A model generated the notes under the pieces. It was not told where the DNA came from. It saw only the letters and a list, made by a program, of their open reading frames with translations, and made no database searches. A stretch of DNA of 64,000 bases from Fistulifera solaris. Taxonomy: Eukaryota. The translations under genes were made by a program, and so were the position numbers. Positions 47,641 through 60,205 of this stretch are shown here, piece after piece (position 1 is the stretch's first letter; every line of letters begins with the position of its first letter). The DNA lies in the NCBI GenBank assembly GCA_030295235.1, contig AP026126.1, positions 372,001 through 436,000 of the forward strand. Reading direction: 5' to 3'.

Positions 47641-49225
47641 TTTCCTCCTCGTCGCCGGCCGCGCAGAACGAGCAAGCAACGAGTGCCGGATTTACTCTCA
47701 TGACTCGAGCAAGACTCGAGCGTTCCCAAAATGACTATGGGCCTCAGACTCAGCACGATTCTCGAGGCACGATTAGCCCAACAGTTATATTCTCCTTGTC
47801 TGCAGCAATCAGCACAGTAATATTCATTCCTAGTCTGTCTATTCATATTTCTAAATCAGACACATAAGGATTCTCTTCCACGTCCGCTGCCACATCTACG
47901 GCTACCGGGGCTCCATGGGCTTTCTTCGCTTGCAGTCCTGGAAAATTCTCATTCTCTTGACACACGGTGTTCAATCTCGCCACACTCGAGCCAGCCACAA
48001 TGCCATTATAGCCCGTCGAACAGTATTTTTAAGCAGCCTTTGTGCAACAATCTTCAAAACTCGGTCCAGTGCCCATGAGTTTCAGGGCAAGCTTATGCGC
48101 CATCGCCAGAAGCGTGTATTTGCGACGCAAATGAAACACAAAAAATTAGGGGTACAAAATCCATCCTTATCGTGATTCTTCACAATGTCAATCTAGTTCC
48201 TCTCTCCGCCATTTACGTGTGCCAAGTCAGCGATCCGGCGAATCAAACATTCCCATTTCTTGTACTCCGTCGCGTTCCATGGTGACTGCATAAGCAAGAG
48301 TTCCGATCGTTTCAGGTGAAGGTTCTCCTCTACTTCTGGCACAGCGCTCTTGCGCGTCCGACGTCGCTTGGGAGCAGGCTTTTTAACCTTTGCGATGAAT
48401 GGGGAGAGCTTCCTTGGCAGGGCTTTCACCCGTCCTAGGTCGTTTTTGTGAAGCAAGACCAGCTGCCTATCCACGAGAGTACAGCCCTCTTTCGGTCTTT
48501 CTACTTAAGTTCTAGACTCTGTAATGTTTGTTAGCCCTGTCACGATAGATCAACATACCACTGTGGTCTCTGTCGAAATTTTGCTGGGTATCTTTGTGCA
48601 TGTAGTGCTAATGCTGCGAAAAGTTCTCAAGATTATATCGATCAGCATCTTTTTGTTCTTGCTGCCCGTCTTCATGTTCATCCTTTCCACGGCCTCACAG
48701 CAGGTTTGACCGAAAGCCACCGAATTTGCAATTCACTACGGAGTATTTTGCAATGCAATGTGGAGAAATCGCTGTGCTATCCAAGCACATGTTTTGTGCT
48801 TCACCGTGTTGTAGTTGTACTTGAAATACCTTATACCACTCAATATTCGTCATTTGATAACAATTTGATGAGGATGAAAGTCGTACTACGCTATCAAATT
48901 TGATGAAGAAGGTTGTTCTCCTGCATGTTCATACTTCTCGGTGTGTGTGTGTGTTGCGTTAAAACGCGTGCTTTTCCGCCGATGAGGCAAGGATGAGGCA
49001 GGCACTACTGACGTCACGAAGACGTTTCGAATAATTATTTTAACGGCGAAGCTGTCCGACCGCGATTCGGAACATCTATTTGAAAAATAATGTATAGCGG
49101 ACATTGTAGTCTTGGTTTTTTCTGTGCCTTTCCGTTGTTTCGCTTGCTTCTCAAGCGGTGCGTACAATGCAGCCACCATTGTTCAACTAATTCGATCCTA
49201 CACCTATCTTCGTGTATTAAATATC

Positions 49226-49939
49226 ATGACAACGCATAGGATGTGCCGCTACCTAAGGTTATGGCTGTTACTGGTAGTCGCATGCTTCGCTTTAAGACAT
49301 GTCAAAGCCTTGTCAAATTCGCACCATATCCGGACGAAATATCGGTTCTCGTCAGCTCCTAGCTCGAGAAAAACAGCACTTCATTCGGTTTCTGTACCGA
49401 AAGCTACTATCATTTCAACGGTGGTTCATGTGATTGGTGGCGTGACGGGAACACCCACTGTCCTACAAGGCACACAAAAGGGTGGGTGGTATCGACGCAT
49501 CGGTCTACCCACTTGGACGCCCCCCGATCGAGTCTTTGGTCCAGTCTGGACTCTTCTTTACTCATTGATGGGCGTAGCATTCTCTCGTGTTGGTCGCGCC
49601 ACCGGATTCGGCTCGCCCGTTGCCTTATTGTGGCTGTTTCATTACGCATTGAATCTATCGTGGGCACCCGTGTTTTTCGGTAGGCAGCGACTTCGCCTGG
49701 CTTTGTTTATCAACTGGAGTTTGCTCGCGACTCTGAGTGCCATTATTCCTTGGTACTGGAAAATTGATTGCTTGGCTGGCGCGCTGCTAATCCCATACGC
49801 GGCATGGCTCCTGTTTGCCACCGCATTGAATGCGGAGATATGTCGGCTGAACCCCACAGTCAATGGTTACAATGAAGCCAAGTTTCAGGCAGGTCTATTA
49901 AATCTACAGAAGAAGGCAGCCGCTTTTGCCGACTCGTAG
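49226..49939 (+). CDS. TSPO: TspO/MBR (TSPO) tetrapyrrole-binding membrane protein with bipartite-like leader
   Basis: WYRRIGLPTWTPPDRVFGPVWTLLYSLMG, LNLSWAPVFFG, LLIPYAAWLLFATALN. Confidence 0.92.
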   Translation: MTTHRMCRYLRLWLLLVVACFALRHVKALSNSHHIRTKYRFSSAPSSRKTALHSVSVPKATIISTVVHVIGGVTGTPTVLQGTQKGGWYRRIGLPTWTPPDRVFGPVWTLLYSLMGVAFSRVGRATGFGSPVALLWLFHYALNLSWAPVFFGRQRLRLALFINWSLLATLSAIIPWYWKIDCLAGALLIPYAAWLLFATALNAEICRLNPTVNGYNEAKFQAGLLNLQKKAAAFADS

Positions 49940-50359
49940 AAGAGACTTGGTAGTCTTCTGGCTGCATGTGCTCACAAACGGCTTTATCATTCCACTAAAA
50001 ATTCAGATCCTTTCGTGCGCAATTCCATTTGTAGCAATGCACAGATTGCCAACAACATCCAGTAAAGAGATCAATCATGAAAGGGAAACTGGTCCGCGCC
50101 GTGGCGAAAAGTGAACCTCGCGTATACATAGGCAATCGTCAATCGTCAATCGTGACTCCACACGAATCACATCCAGTCACGACAAGAAGGTGTCATACTC
50201 TTCTTTCCGTTGATGATTTTTCGAAACCCGGAAAGACAAAAGTTAATTTGGCGAAAGTAGCACTTCGATTGAAATCCACTCACGCACAAAATCAAAACAA
50301 TAAGCCGTTTTATTCGTCGCCATTCATCTTCTCTGTTACTTTCATTGGTAGCTTTCATC

Positions 50360-52109
50360 ATGGATTCTTCAAAACGCGTCAAACTCTCCCCGGACATGGA
50401 AGCTGGAGACGAAGCCTTGCAGCAGGCTGTCAAAGCTATCAACGATGGAGAGCACTTTTTCGATGTGACTATCATTTGCACTACGGATGATTATCAAGCG
50501 GCCTATTGGATGGATCTATTGTCTCAGAGCAGCAAGTCTATGGTCCTGGCTGTTTCAGAAGACTGGTCTTCTTCGGGTGGAGCAGGAAACGGTCTTGGAA
50601 CTCTTTACGCGTGGCAAAAGCCTGTGCGCTGGCCAAGTCGAAATTTGGTACGGACTTGGCGGCCGGCCTCCGCGATGGCAGCCTTTCTACATCGCTCTAC
50701 CATACAGCTGGCAAAGGGACCCGAATGGCTCCACTTCCAGCTTCGGAAAGTAACAACAAGCCCGGTGTGGTAAGTATAAAGCACAGCGGTTTCCTCACTA
50801 ATGCTTTTACCGCCTCTCGTTCTAACCCTGGCACGTCGCTACGGTTGTTCCTGATATCTAGAAATTACCCTTCCCTCTGAAACTACCGGATGGTTCGGTA
50901 CGACCCATTACTGTTTTGGAATGCGTCTTGCGTCAAACGGGTATCTATGCTCGTAAGGGTCGTCTGTCGGTGTTCTGGGGCGACCAGGTGTTCCTTCCTA
51001 CCGCACCCTTCCACGTCGAGCCGACACACCATGCTGATATTCTGTGCACGCTGCTAGGCGACACCGCCCCCACTGCCGAAGAGTGGAAAGCTCAAGGACT
51101 GGATAAGTACGGAGTAATCGCCGTGTTGGGACAGGAAGATGGAAAAGTGGAAGCTGCTCAGGTGGAAAAGGTTTCGCAAGAGACGGCAGTCAAGATGTTG
51201 AGTGGAATTCCCGGCTCGCTCAAACAAGTCGGTCCCAGTTTGGGATCTTTCTCCGTTTCGGCTGCCATTCTTGAAGCATTGGAAGCTGAATTTGCGCCCG
51301 AATTGAGTGCCAAAACCGGAAAATTGGATACCGACCCGCATTTTTGGATGCCATTGACACTGCCGCTGGACTCGTACATTCAGCTTATGGATCAAAAGGG
51401 AACATCTGCAGAAGAATCAACCCAGCACTACGAACGAATGAGCAAGATGAAAGCAGCGTTCCTCGAGAAGACAGCCAGTGATGGTCTAGGTCTATTTGGA
51501 GCTGTCGACGTTGGAAAAGGCGCTTGTTGGTGGGACTATGGTCAGTTGAAACTTTACAGCAAGAACGCCTCTTTGCTGCTGGCTCCCGATTCGGATCCTT
51601 CCGCAAGTTTGTTGCGCCAATTTCTTGGGTTGGGAGAGGACAAAGCTCTTGGGTCAATCTGCGCCAGTGGAAGTGAAGTCGATGATAAATCGTACATTAT
51701 TGCTTCCAAACTCGGAGCGACCTCCAAGATCGCGTCTTCACTCGTCGCTGGGGTTGTCTGTCCGAACTTGGAGTGCGATGGTGCCATTGTAGTGAACTGC
51801 ACCGCCAAATCGATCAAGGCAGGCAATGGGGCGATTCTTTACAACCTCATGAGCGAAGGTGAAATTGTGGTTGAAGCAGGACATGTTGAGGTCGGACTTG
51901 CTGAAATCAAGGATGGGAACGTCAACTTTGACTCTGTTTTGAAGAGCCGTCTCGATATTGATGGTGGAGATGCCTGGAAAGTGAAGTTGGACATGAACAA
52001 TTTGTCTTTTGAGGACGTGCACACGAAGAACAAAAATGCAGATATCACGATTATCGCTTCGAAACGTAAGGAAATGGCCGATAAAATCGCTTTATCTTTA
52101 GGTCTTTGA
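50360..52109 (+). CDS. Sugar-phosphate nucleotidyltransferase-like protein (similar to the fucose-1-phosphate guanylyltransferase domain)
   Basis: GAGNGLGTLYAW, YHTAGKGTRMAPL..KPGV, VFWGDQVF, WWDYG; intron ~50770-50859; frameshift near 50618. Confidence 0.6.
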
Positions 52110-52197
52110 GTAAGAAAATATGATAAAAATAGAGATTATTTGAAACGTCGCTAATAATTTACTACAATGTAGGTTCGCTTAGAAAAATGATGGAACA

Positions 52198-52853
52198 TCA
52201 CGTCGTAAGATCAAAAGCATTTCTTACGTAAATCACCTCGTGAATCATCCAACAGTTCTGTCGAGGAGGTCTGCGCTCTTTTGAAGCGTCCACAGAAAAC
52301 GACGTTCGTCTTTTTGCTCGGTTGAAATCGCATCCATCAAGACAGTCCGCATCGCCCCTCTTGTTGCCGTCCCAGCGATTTCGGGACCAACGGACACAAT
52401 GGTATAGTCATTGCAGTTCACCAGATATCCAAACACGGGATTGGTAGCGTATTCTCGAAAGCGCTCCAGTGACCCACCGAGAGCCGCCCGACAACGGTCC
52501 AAAGAAAAATGAAAGCAAACTTCGAGGCCGGCATCTTTGGAATCGACGAGGACCGACATGCAGGAATGAACAACATCCAAAGCATCCAAGCTCGGATCGG
52601 GTTGCGGTAAAAAGTCGCTGTATTCAAAACGGCGACTCTCGGGATTGGCGTTGGACGACTCTAACGAATGTCTGGATAAAAGGGAATCGGTGTGTTGAAT
52701 TTTGTGATTGCGAGGTACAAAGGCCTCCGACAGTGGTATCCACCTGTTGAGAACAAGTAATGTGATTGCTGCGAGCAATTTTCTTCGTCGAACAATGTTT
52801 ATCGGAATTGACACGCTCGAGACCATGATCTCATGAAAACACGGCGAGCTCAT
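52198..52853 (-). CDS. Conserved plastid-targeted protein (possibly DUF4864/NTF2-like)
   Basis: Signal peptide plus SEAFVP; P.PSLDALDVV..DAGLEVCFHFS, FLWTLQK, restored CWMIHEV after an indel near 52275. Confidence 0.6.
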
Positions 52854-53402
52854 TGCCGAGGAGATGTGTCAGATAAATCGAAAAAGGATGGGTTCCGCTC
52901 CGGACAGACTATTGCATGCTTGAAAGAAGATGGTACTTTATTTTACCGATCACCGATCGACGCTGAGATGATGAGACGTTCAACAGAGTGATAATCCTGC
53001 CGCAAACATCAATGAGACTACTTCGTACTTTTTCGATGTTTTCTTTGCAATTTCTCATTCTCAATTTCCATTAAGGTTAAGAACTAGTCATAGCTTGCTG
53101 ACGTGTTGTAGATGTTTCCAAAACGATGATGTCAGCATGCGGCACTCCGCGGACGACGGAAATACGGCGTTTCGGATTTTGGAGGGAACGCGGTTTGAAA
53201 AATCTTGACGCTCCGAAGCCTTCGTAGCACTTCTTCGTGCAAAGTGTAGGAGCCTGGCGGGCGGCGCAGGCTGCAAGGTTTTGGAGCGCATGGCTGGTGG
53301 CGCTCGCAGCTTTCATTTGACTTGAAAGGACTACCCGATTATTGTTGATTGATGTGTCATTCTTGTTCATTGCCTTTCATTATCAAGTAGCAGAGTATCA
53401 GA

Positions 53403-54429
53403 ATGACCTTGGAAATGAATAGTTGTCCAAACGAGACACAAATAGCTGCACCGGAATGCCATGCGGTATCTTCGTCGTCCTCTTCCTCGGAGGACGACGC
53501 ACGCCACGAAACCAAAGACTTTGGCATCTTTACATTGCTTTCAGCTGCCGCACACCTCGATCCTTCCAAACCGATAACCCACGACGCGAATGTAGAAGAG
53601 CAGAAAACAGAAATCAGCCAACAATCCGCGCGTTGTGACGGAACTACATCCAGCAATGATTCGAAGGAACGACCGGACCCGAATGACAATCGCCATCATA
53701 AAAAGAGAAAAGCAGAAATCAGCGAAGTTTTCGATTCCGATCAGGTCTTCAAAATCATGCGAATACAGCCTTCGCCGGAAGAACTCGAAGCCGCTACGAC
53801 CGATCGAACGAAGAACGCGTTACTCAATTGGTATTACCGACTGAGAGAACTGCATTTATTTAAGGCGAAATACGGCCATGCGGAAGTGCCGCAACAATTT
53901 CCTGAGAATCATGCCCTGGGTATTGTAAGTACTGTTCATTCATGCGCTCCATTGTGTGATAATTTCATGCTTACATAATAATTGATCTCCTACGTCCTTT
54001 CGTTCCCGCTCGTACTACCAGTGGGTCAATAAACAGCGTATGCAAAAGAAACTACGTGAAAGGGGTCAAAAGGTTTCACTGTCGGAACACCGGATCAACT
54101 TATTGAACGACTTGGGCTTTCAGTGGGCAAAAGAGAAAGGAGATGTGTCATGGGATCATCATTACAATGAGTTGTTCGCGTTCTATTTGCAACACAGCCA
54201 TTGCAACGTTCCCACCAAATACACGGAGAATAAAGCGCTCGGACGATGGGTCAGTACACAGCGATCGCAATTGAAAAAGTGGAGAAGCGGTAGCTATTCA
54301 TTGATGACCAAGGATCGCTATGAAAAGTTGTGCAAACTGGGTTTCAATTTTGAAATGATTCCTCCGAGCAGTAAAAACAAGAAGGCGGATGGTGGTAGCG
54401 ACAGTCAAAATACTTCATTGAGTTCGTGA
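53403..54429 (+). CDS. Helicase-associated (HA) repeat protein
   Basis: Two HA repeats: W..RLRELHLFKAKYGHAEVP..LGIWVNKQR and WDHHYNELFAF..HSHCNVP..LGRWVSTQR..LGF; intron 53925-54021. Confidence 0.88.
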
Positions 54430-54774
54430 TTCTAGACGAAACAATTTCATTCTGGTGGTCCGTGTTTGGTGTTAGTCGAGGAAACTCCTTTAATTTTTAG
54501 ATTTCTAACGTCTGACTAGTGATTCAATTTTCCTAGCACGACAAAATTCCATCGTACCGGTTTTCGCGTGTCAGTCACGCGTGCGGCGTGAGTTGCGAGG
54601 ACGGAATTCGCCAAACGGATGAAGAACGACAACTAAAGCAACACCACATCATTATTTTTTAAAGGATATCTTTGGTTGACCAACGAGCAAAGGCTGCAGC
54701 TTTGTAGCTTCCTCTTTGCGACACAAGCAAGGGAACATTTTCTTTTGGCAAAAGCCGTTACATAGCTCGCAATC

Positions 54775-55571
54775 ATGACATTTTCTGCGCTGAGTGCCTT
54801 CTGTCCTTCTTTCTGCAACCTTCGAGCGCAACACCACAATCGGCGGCGACTGCCTCCAACTACCATCACAATTTGTAGAAATGAAGTGATAACGCACATG
54901 AGCACAGAGGATTCCGTGCTTGGTAAGACCGAAAATTATTCATTTTGATGAGCCGCATTCACTGTCATTTTTTTTCTGATTTCGGATGAATGTATTAATA
55001 CCCAGCCTTATCGTTCGAGATTACCGAGAAAACAACTGAATTTGAACCAATCTTAAACGTACCTGCAATGGGATCATTTCTTTTGATTTTTGCTATATTC
55101 TCGTTTTTGGTGCAACGAACTTCCGCCATTGAACAGGCGGCCGACGAACGAACCCGAGCGGTCGAACGAGTGCGGAAACTGAAATCGTTGGCGCTCAGTG
55201 GTGATGCTACGTCAGAAGATGTCGACCAGGCCATTGCTTCCTATCGCGATGCTTACGATAAAGTAGAGAAGCTACGCTACGTGATTCCCGGTGTGGCGAG
55301 AATCACGCCCCCTCCAGCTGGTTCGTTGTCGCGCAAATTCATGAAAGAAAATGAAATGGCGGCCCAACAATTTCTGGGAATCGAGCCGGAAGAATCGAAT
55401 GCTGCATTCGACAAGATGGAAAACGAACACGCACAAACAGGTCTTTCTCCGATTCTCATAGCGATTCTCGCTGTCGTGGCGACAAGTCAAATCATGCTTT
55501 TGGGATTACTTTCATCGGACCCCATGTCAGCGACAGAGCTCTTGGATGCCGCTACTTTTGGTCTCGAATGA
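54775..55571 (+). CDS. Hypothetical membrane protein, possibly plastid-targeted
   Basis: Exon with LSAFCP leader, intron 54923-55005 joining the 55068-55571 frame; two TM segments. Start uncertain. Confidence 0.55.
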
Positions 55572-55908
55572 AGATAAGTAAGGAAATTATTACTTTCGCA
55601 AAAGAGACGTTATCTTTGAACGAAACAGCTGCTGCAGAGATAAATCCATTGTACGTCATAAAGAGCGTCGGCAATGATTGTCAACCTTTGAGGATCATTT
55701 TTATGGACAAAATGCCTTTCGTCTATATTTTTACCAGATCATTCATTTAATTATATTTTTTGACAGTAAAATAATGCTTACATGTTTGACGCAATACCTC
55801 ACTTCACATTCTTGTCACAAGTAATGATATATACTATATATTAGATTATTGGAAACACTAGTTCGACTTTCAACGCTTATGCTAAATGCGCAAATAGAAA
55901 GAAACTAT

Positions 55909-56580
55909 TCAGTCTCTAGCATCCGTGTCCCTTGTTGAGCTGGACTGGGAGTTGTCATCCTCACGTCGCAATTTTTGCGCCAATCGTGTCACTCGATCTT
56001 CGTTGACCTCTTGTTCTTTTGCAGCTTCCTCGAACGAATGCGCAATATCGCTCGTTTGAAACAACGTTTTCCCCAATTTCATCATGACCCGTAGAAAGCC
56101 GCCCACAATGTAACTTGCCGTCAATACGGTGGCCATGATGGCCACGGTGATTCGCGTTTGCCAGTTAACGCCATTTGCTTCGGTGACCCGCAAGGGCTCC
56201 GGGTCGACGGTCGATTCTAATTTTAGATACACTTCCCGAAAGACGGCAGGAATAATGACAAAAAATCCTCGGTACCCGCGGTAAAGAATGAAGAGAGAGT
56301 ACAGTGCACACGCCTGCGCACGAAAGAGAACTTTGCGCCATCGCGATGGTGCCTGGGCGGCTTTGGAATCGGTCATTTGAGCTCTCGGTTTGAGTGATAG
56401 TCCCGCTTGATCAATCGAATCGACAAATGATCTTCTTTGTGACGTATTTTCCCCATTTACGGACAACGACATGTCTCCATTCGCGAGCCGAAGAGTCGCA
56501 TGACGAAACGGCGGTTGAAAGGACCAGACCAGCGCGCAATGCAACAGCATGCTCGTCATTAGAGTGTGAAATCGTGTCAT
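55909..56580 (-). CDS. Hypothetical plastid-targeted membrane protein
   Basis: Signal peptide plus VWSFQP; two hydrophobic segments. Confidence 0.65.
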   Translation of the reverse strand: MTRFHTLMTSMLLHCALVWSFQPPFRHATLRLANGDMSLSVNGENTSQRRSFVDSIDQAGLSLKPRAQMTDSKAAQAPSRWRKVLFRAQACALYSLFILYRGYRGFFVIIPAVFREVYLKLESTVDPEPLRVTEANGVNWQTRITVAIMATVLTASYIVGGFLRVMMKLGKTLFQTSDIAHSFEEAAKEQEVNEDRVTRLAQKLRREDDNSQSSSTRDTDARD

Positions 56581-57020
56581 AGTTAGCTCTTAGTTGTGCT
56601 AACAAATTGACACGTAGATGATAAGAGAATGGGAAAAAGCGGGCACTTTGAAGAACAAGATTGAAAAAGATCTAAAGAGACGACGAGAGTCAGAACGAGA
56701 ATGCGAAGGGCAAAAGGGAAAACGGAATGCAAAAAGCTGGGGAGGGTAGAAAAACGATCAAAATGCAATGTCACAGTAGTACGTCACAGTCTAAGTACGG
56801 AGTACATTCCAAACCATGGTCAGGTTCGTGGTGTGACGCCTGCGCTGTTAGATAATTTTACTTGAGGGTATAACTCGCGGACACTAAAGCACTTATCAAT
56901 TGCCAATTACGAGGTCTAAACAAACTCTAATGTTGCCTGTACCAGGTACCAATAAATAATGCAAAAGAAAAAAATGGACGCCAATGAATCATTTCTAGTC
57001 TACATTTCAATGAATAGAAG

Positions 57021-57903
57021 AATGATGCGCCCATGGCGCTTGATAATTTTTCTTTCACTTCAATATCGAATCATTGGTGCATGGAAATGGAATCCAGAGG
57101 ACGAACATCCCTGCAACATTCATCGAACGATGACCTTCCGACAACTCCTCGAAACCTTTGGTCCGTCGGGTATCCCCGCTCTGTTTCCGGAACCGCTCAT
57201 TATCCGAGCCAGTGATACATTTCGCAATGAGCAATTTCGAAAACTGACGGAACAAGAAGCAATCATTCGCTGGTTTGGGGAGGACTTTAATGTCACTTTG
57301 TCGAGTAGCAATTCTCTGTCCGAGAATCGAAGGATTACTTCATTGAAACAATATATTGATGAAACCGTCACCGCGGAAGAAACATTACCCAATCAACTAG
57401 CCAATGAATCGTGGTATTTATTTGGAGAAACCTATTCGGAAGAATGGTTGACGTTTTTGAACCATTATGAAATCCCACCGTGTTATACCTGCTCCGATTG
57501 GCCGGTGGCGCTCGCATTCGGAATTGGAAATCGTGGTTCGGGCGTCCAATGGCACATGCATGGTAAGTCCCCCTCGCTGACTTTTCGTGTACGTAGCGCG
57601 TTGTGATTCACTTTGATTGTTCTAGGACCTGGCTTTTCGGAAGCCATTCACGGTAAAAAGCACTGGATTCTGTATCCGCCAAAGGAACGACCGGATTATG
57701 AAAAAGATCAAAGTAGCCGGCAATGGATGGAAACAACGTACTGGGAAGTCGCGTCCAAGCCATTCGAATGCACGTTACATCCAGGCGACCTCATCTACTT
57801 TCCGGATAAATGGCATCATGCAACAATCAATCTAGACGCTTACACAGTGTTCGTATCGGCATTTACGACAGAGCACCATCTGGGCCTTGGTGACGAGTTA
57901 TAG
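57021..57903 (+). CDS. JmjC/cupin-domain protein (JMJD8-like), secretory
   Basis: Signal peptide; GSGVQWHMHGPGFSEAIHGKKHWILYP, LHPGDLIYFPDKWHHATIN; intron 57563-57625; ends GDEL*. Confidence 0.85.
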
Positions 57904-58203
57904 TGACTCTAGGCTCTTGATATCTTTTCAAAAGAATGGGTACTAAAATATGTAGGATTAATAATTAATAGGTTTGCTCACATTTGACTTGTGCAAAGCT
58001 TCAAGAGTGACAGTGTGTGTAAAACCAAGACAAGTAGATTTCTTTTTTCTCGAAAGAAAAGAGTGGTCGGCTGCGTCAAACGCTGGAGCACGAAGTCAAT
58101 GAATGACTAACAATGTTCCATATGAGAATATCCTTGGATAAAGCATTCTCATTATCATGTCATCACGTGACTCAAGATCTGAAATGACATGATTGAGCCG
58201 CGT

Positions 58204-59455
58204 TTAAATCTCGTTGAACCGCATGGGGTCGACCATCTCAGGCTGTTCACTCTCCAACACCTTGATCTCTTCAAGAGGATCTAGCGCAAAGAGCGAGGTA
58301 AGAACGGCTTCATCATGACTTGTCATGGAAGCTGCACCAGTAGACTCGACGCGCTCCATCGTCGTGGAAAGAGTAGCCGTAGGCATGGAAGGGACGTGGG
58401 TGCCGCTGAAGTCCAAGCAATTGTCAACCATCTGGGTTTGTTCATCAGGCATGTATGATGGTTCTTGATGCGAGAAAGGCACATAAGGTTGCAATTCCGA
58501 CTCAACGTCGAGTGGCTGGATCTTGTAGACCTCTCCAGAAGAGGTAGGGGCCGGGAAGGTGCTGTATGACACCGACGTTAAATGCTCCATCGGCTCCACT
58601 TTCTGTTTCTTCATGAGTGGTTGGCCACCATACTCTTGGAGAACCCGACCCACCAAAGCTTTTAAGCCCTCCAGTTCTAGCGAAGTGTGACCTAGCTGAT
58701 CACGCAAAATGCAGACTTCGTTTCTCAACTGCTCAACCTCCTGTTTGTCAGCGGCCTCGGTATGATTCGACTTGCGAATCTCGGAGAGAAGATCCGGACG
58801 ACCACGGCGAAAATTGTCATGATGAAAGCGCCAATACTTGGATTCTTCGCAGTTTTCCGCGTCCTTCAAGCGAATAGGATCGGAACGAATCTTGTGGAAG
58901 CCGTAGAAGTTGAGCTGGCGGACAAAGCTAAAAGGGTGTTGTGAGTTTTCGAGAAATGACTAGCCACGAAAGTACTCAGGACCTTTTCTCACCTAGAAAA
59001 GTTGTTATGCTTAAAGAACTTTGGGATGAAATCCGTTTGAAATCTCGTCGTATCTTTTACAACAAAAGTCAGTCCATCGTCTGCCCTGTTGAATCAAAAA
59101 AGAATCCAATGTGAGTTAAAATTCATGTTCGACGCAATGAATAACAGGACAGAGACATAGAGGCAAAACTTCCTGCACAGTCTGACTTAAAAACTGTTGT
59201 AGCTTTGAAATCCAAGACGAGACGCAAAAAACATAAAAGGGGACCTCCGTTGCGAATTGCGTGATCACTACAAAACGCAATACAGTGAACGTACCAGGAA
59301 GCAACGCTCGGATCGCAGCTGTTGACTAGCTCAAACGTCTTGCGAAGAAACACCGGGGCTGTGGGGTTTACTTCCTTCTTTGCTGGGCGATTCGTCCGCT
59401 TTTTGTTCTTTGCGCCATTGATTTGGTTGGGTTGTTGCATAAGGAATGGCTCCAT
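58204..59455 (-). CDS. HSF: Heat shock transcription factor
   Basis: PVFLRKTF, ASW..DGLTFVVK, FFKHNNFSSFVRQLNFYGFHK, FHHDNFRRG, followed by a coiled coil; two introns (~59086-59294, ~58929-58992). Confidence 0.93.
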
Positions 59456-60176
59456 GGTTGATGTTTTCGGGTAGGAATCTGTCTTGAAAGGAACTTAGCA
59501 TTTTTATGAAAGCATGAAATACACAAGGGAACTTCGGAGTAGAAACTGTCTACGTTCAGTTCCTTACCAAATCACGTACGTTTCGGTATATCTTCTACAT
59601 ACATAAAATACAACAGTGGAAGTCGTGCCGTCGTGCCACTTCGAAGAATCCGAAGAACCGTTTCGAACAATTAAGCGGACAGTGCTTAACTGTAACGGTT
59701 AGGCTAAAACCGGGTTCGACTTACACTCTAGATTGATGTACTGTTGGTTTGATACAAATAGTAGCTGGGCAGGAAGTATCAGTCGAAGTGAAAATCCAAT
59801 TGCCGTTTTTCTACATTGCTGACATTATCCCTCGTGTTAAAAATTCGAGCAGTATCTATCGTAAAGTACTCCAATGAAGCTGGAAAGTCTTAAAAACGCT
59901 TCTAACTATGCATCATGGAACATCGCTGATTTATTACTACTCCGAGTCGTTCCGTAAATGGCCTTGAACATTGAACTTGAAGGGTGACCCATTAAAAATT
60001 CTCAGTGCCGGTATGAGTCAAGATAGTTTACACCTGTTTTCACGTTTTTGAACAACTCTAACTTGATGATTCCCACTTCCCGAATTGCATGCACACTGCG
60101 AACGACGTCATTCCATGTTCAAGTGACTAAACCAATAAAATATAAAATGAGCGTCTACAAGCAAGTAGCTCCAATC

Positions 60177-60205
60177 GGTACCGGTACCGGTACCGGTACC
60201 GGTAC
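60177..60205. repeat. (CGGTAC)n palindromic hexamer tandem repeat
   Basis: cggtaccggtaccggtaccggtaccggtac, about 5 units. Confidence 0.9.

Noticed and set aside
48193..48930. Possible spliced minus-strand gene or pseudogene
   Set aside because: Fragments look coding-like but no consistent frame or recognisable domain could be built.
59640..59670. Heat-shock element upstream of HSF (GAA/TTC-rich)
   Set aside because: The spacing does not fit alternating nGAAn units.
60177..60205. CRISPR-like or telomeric repeat
   Set aside because: A simple hexamer with no spacers, not TTAGGG-like, and internal to the sequence.
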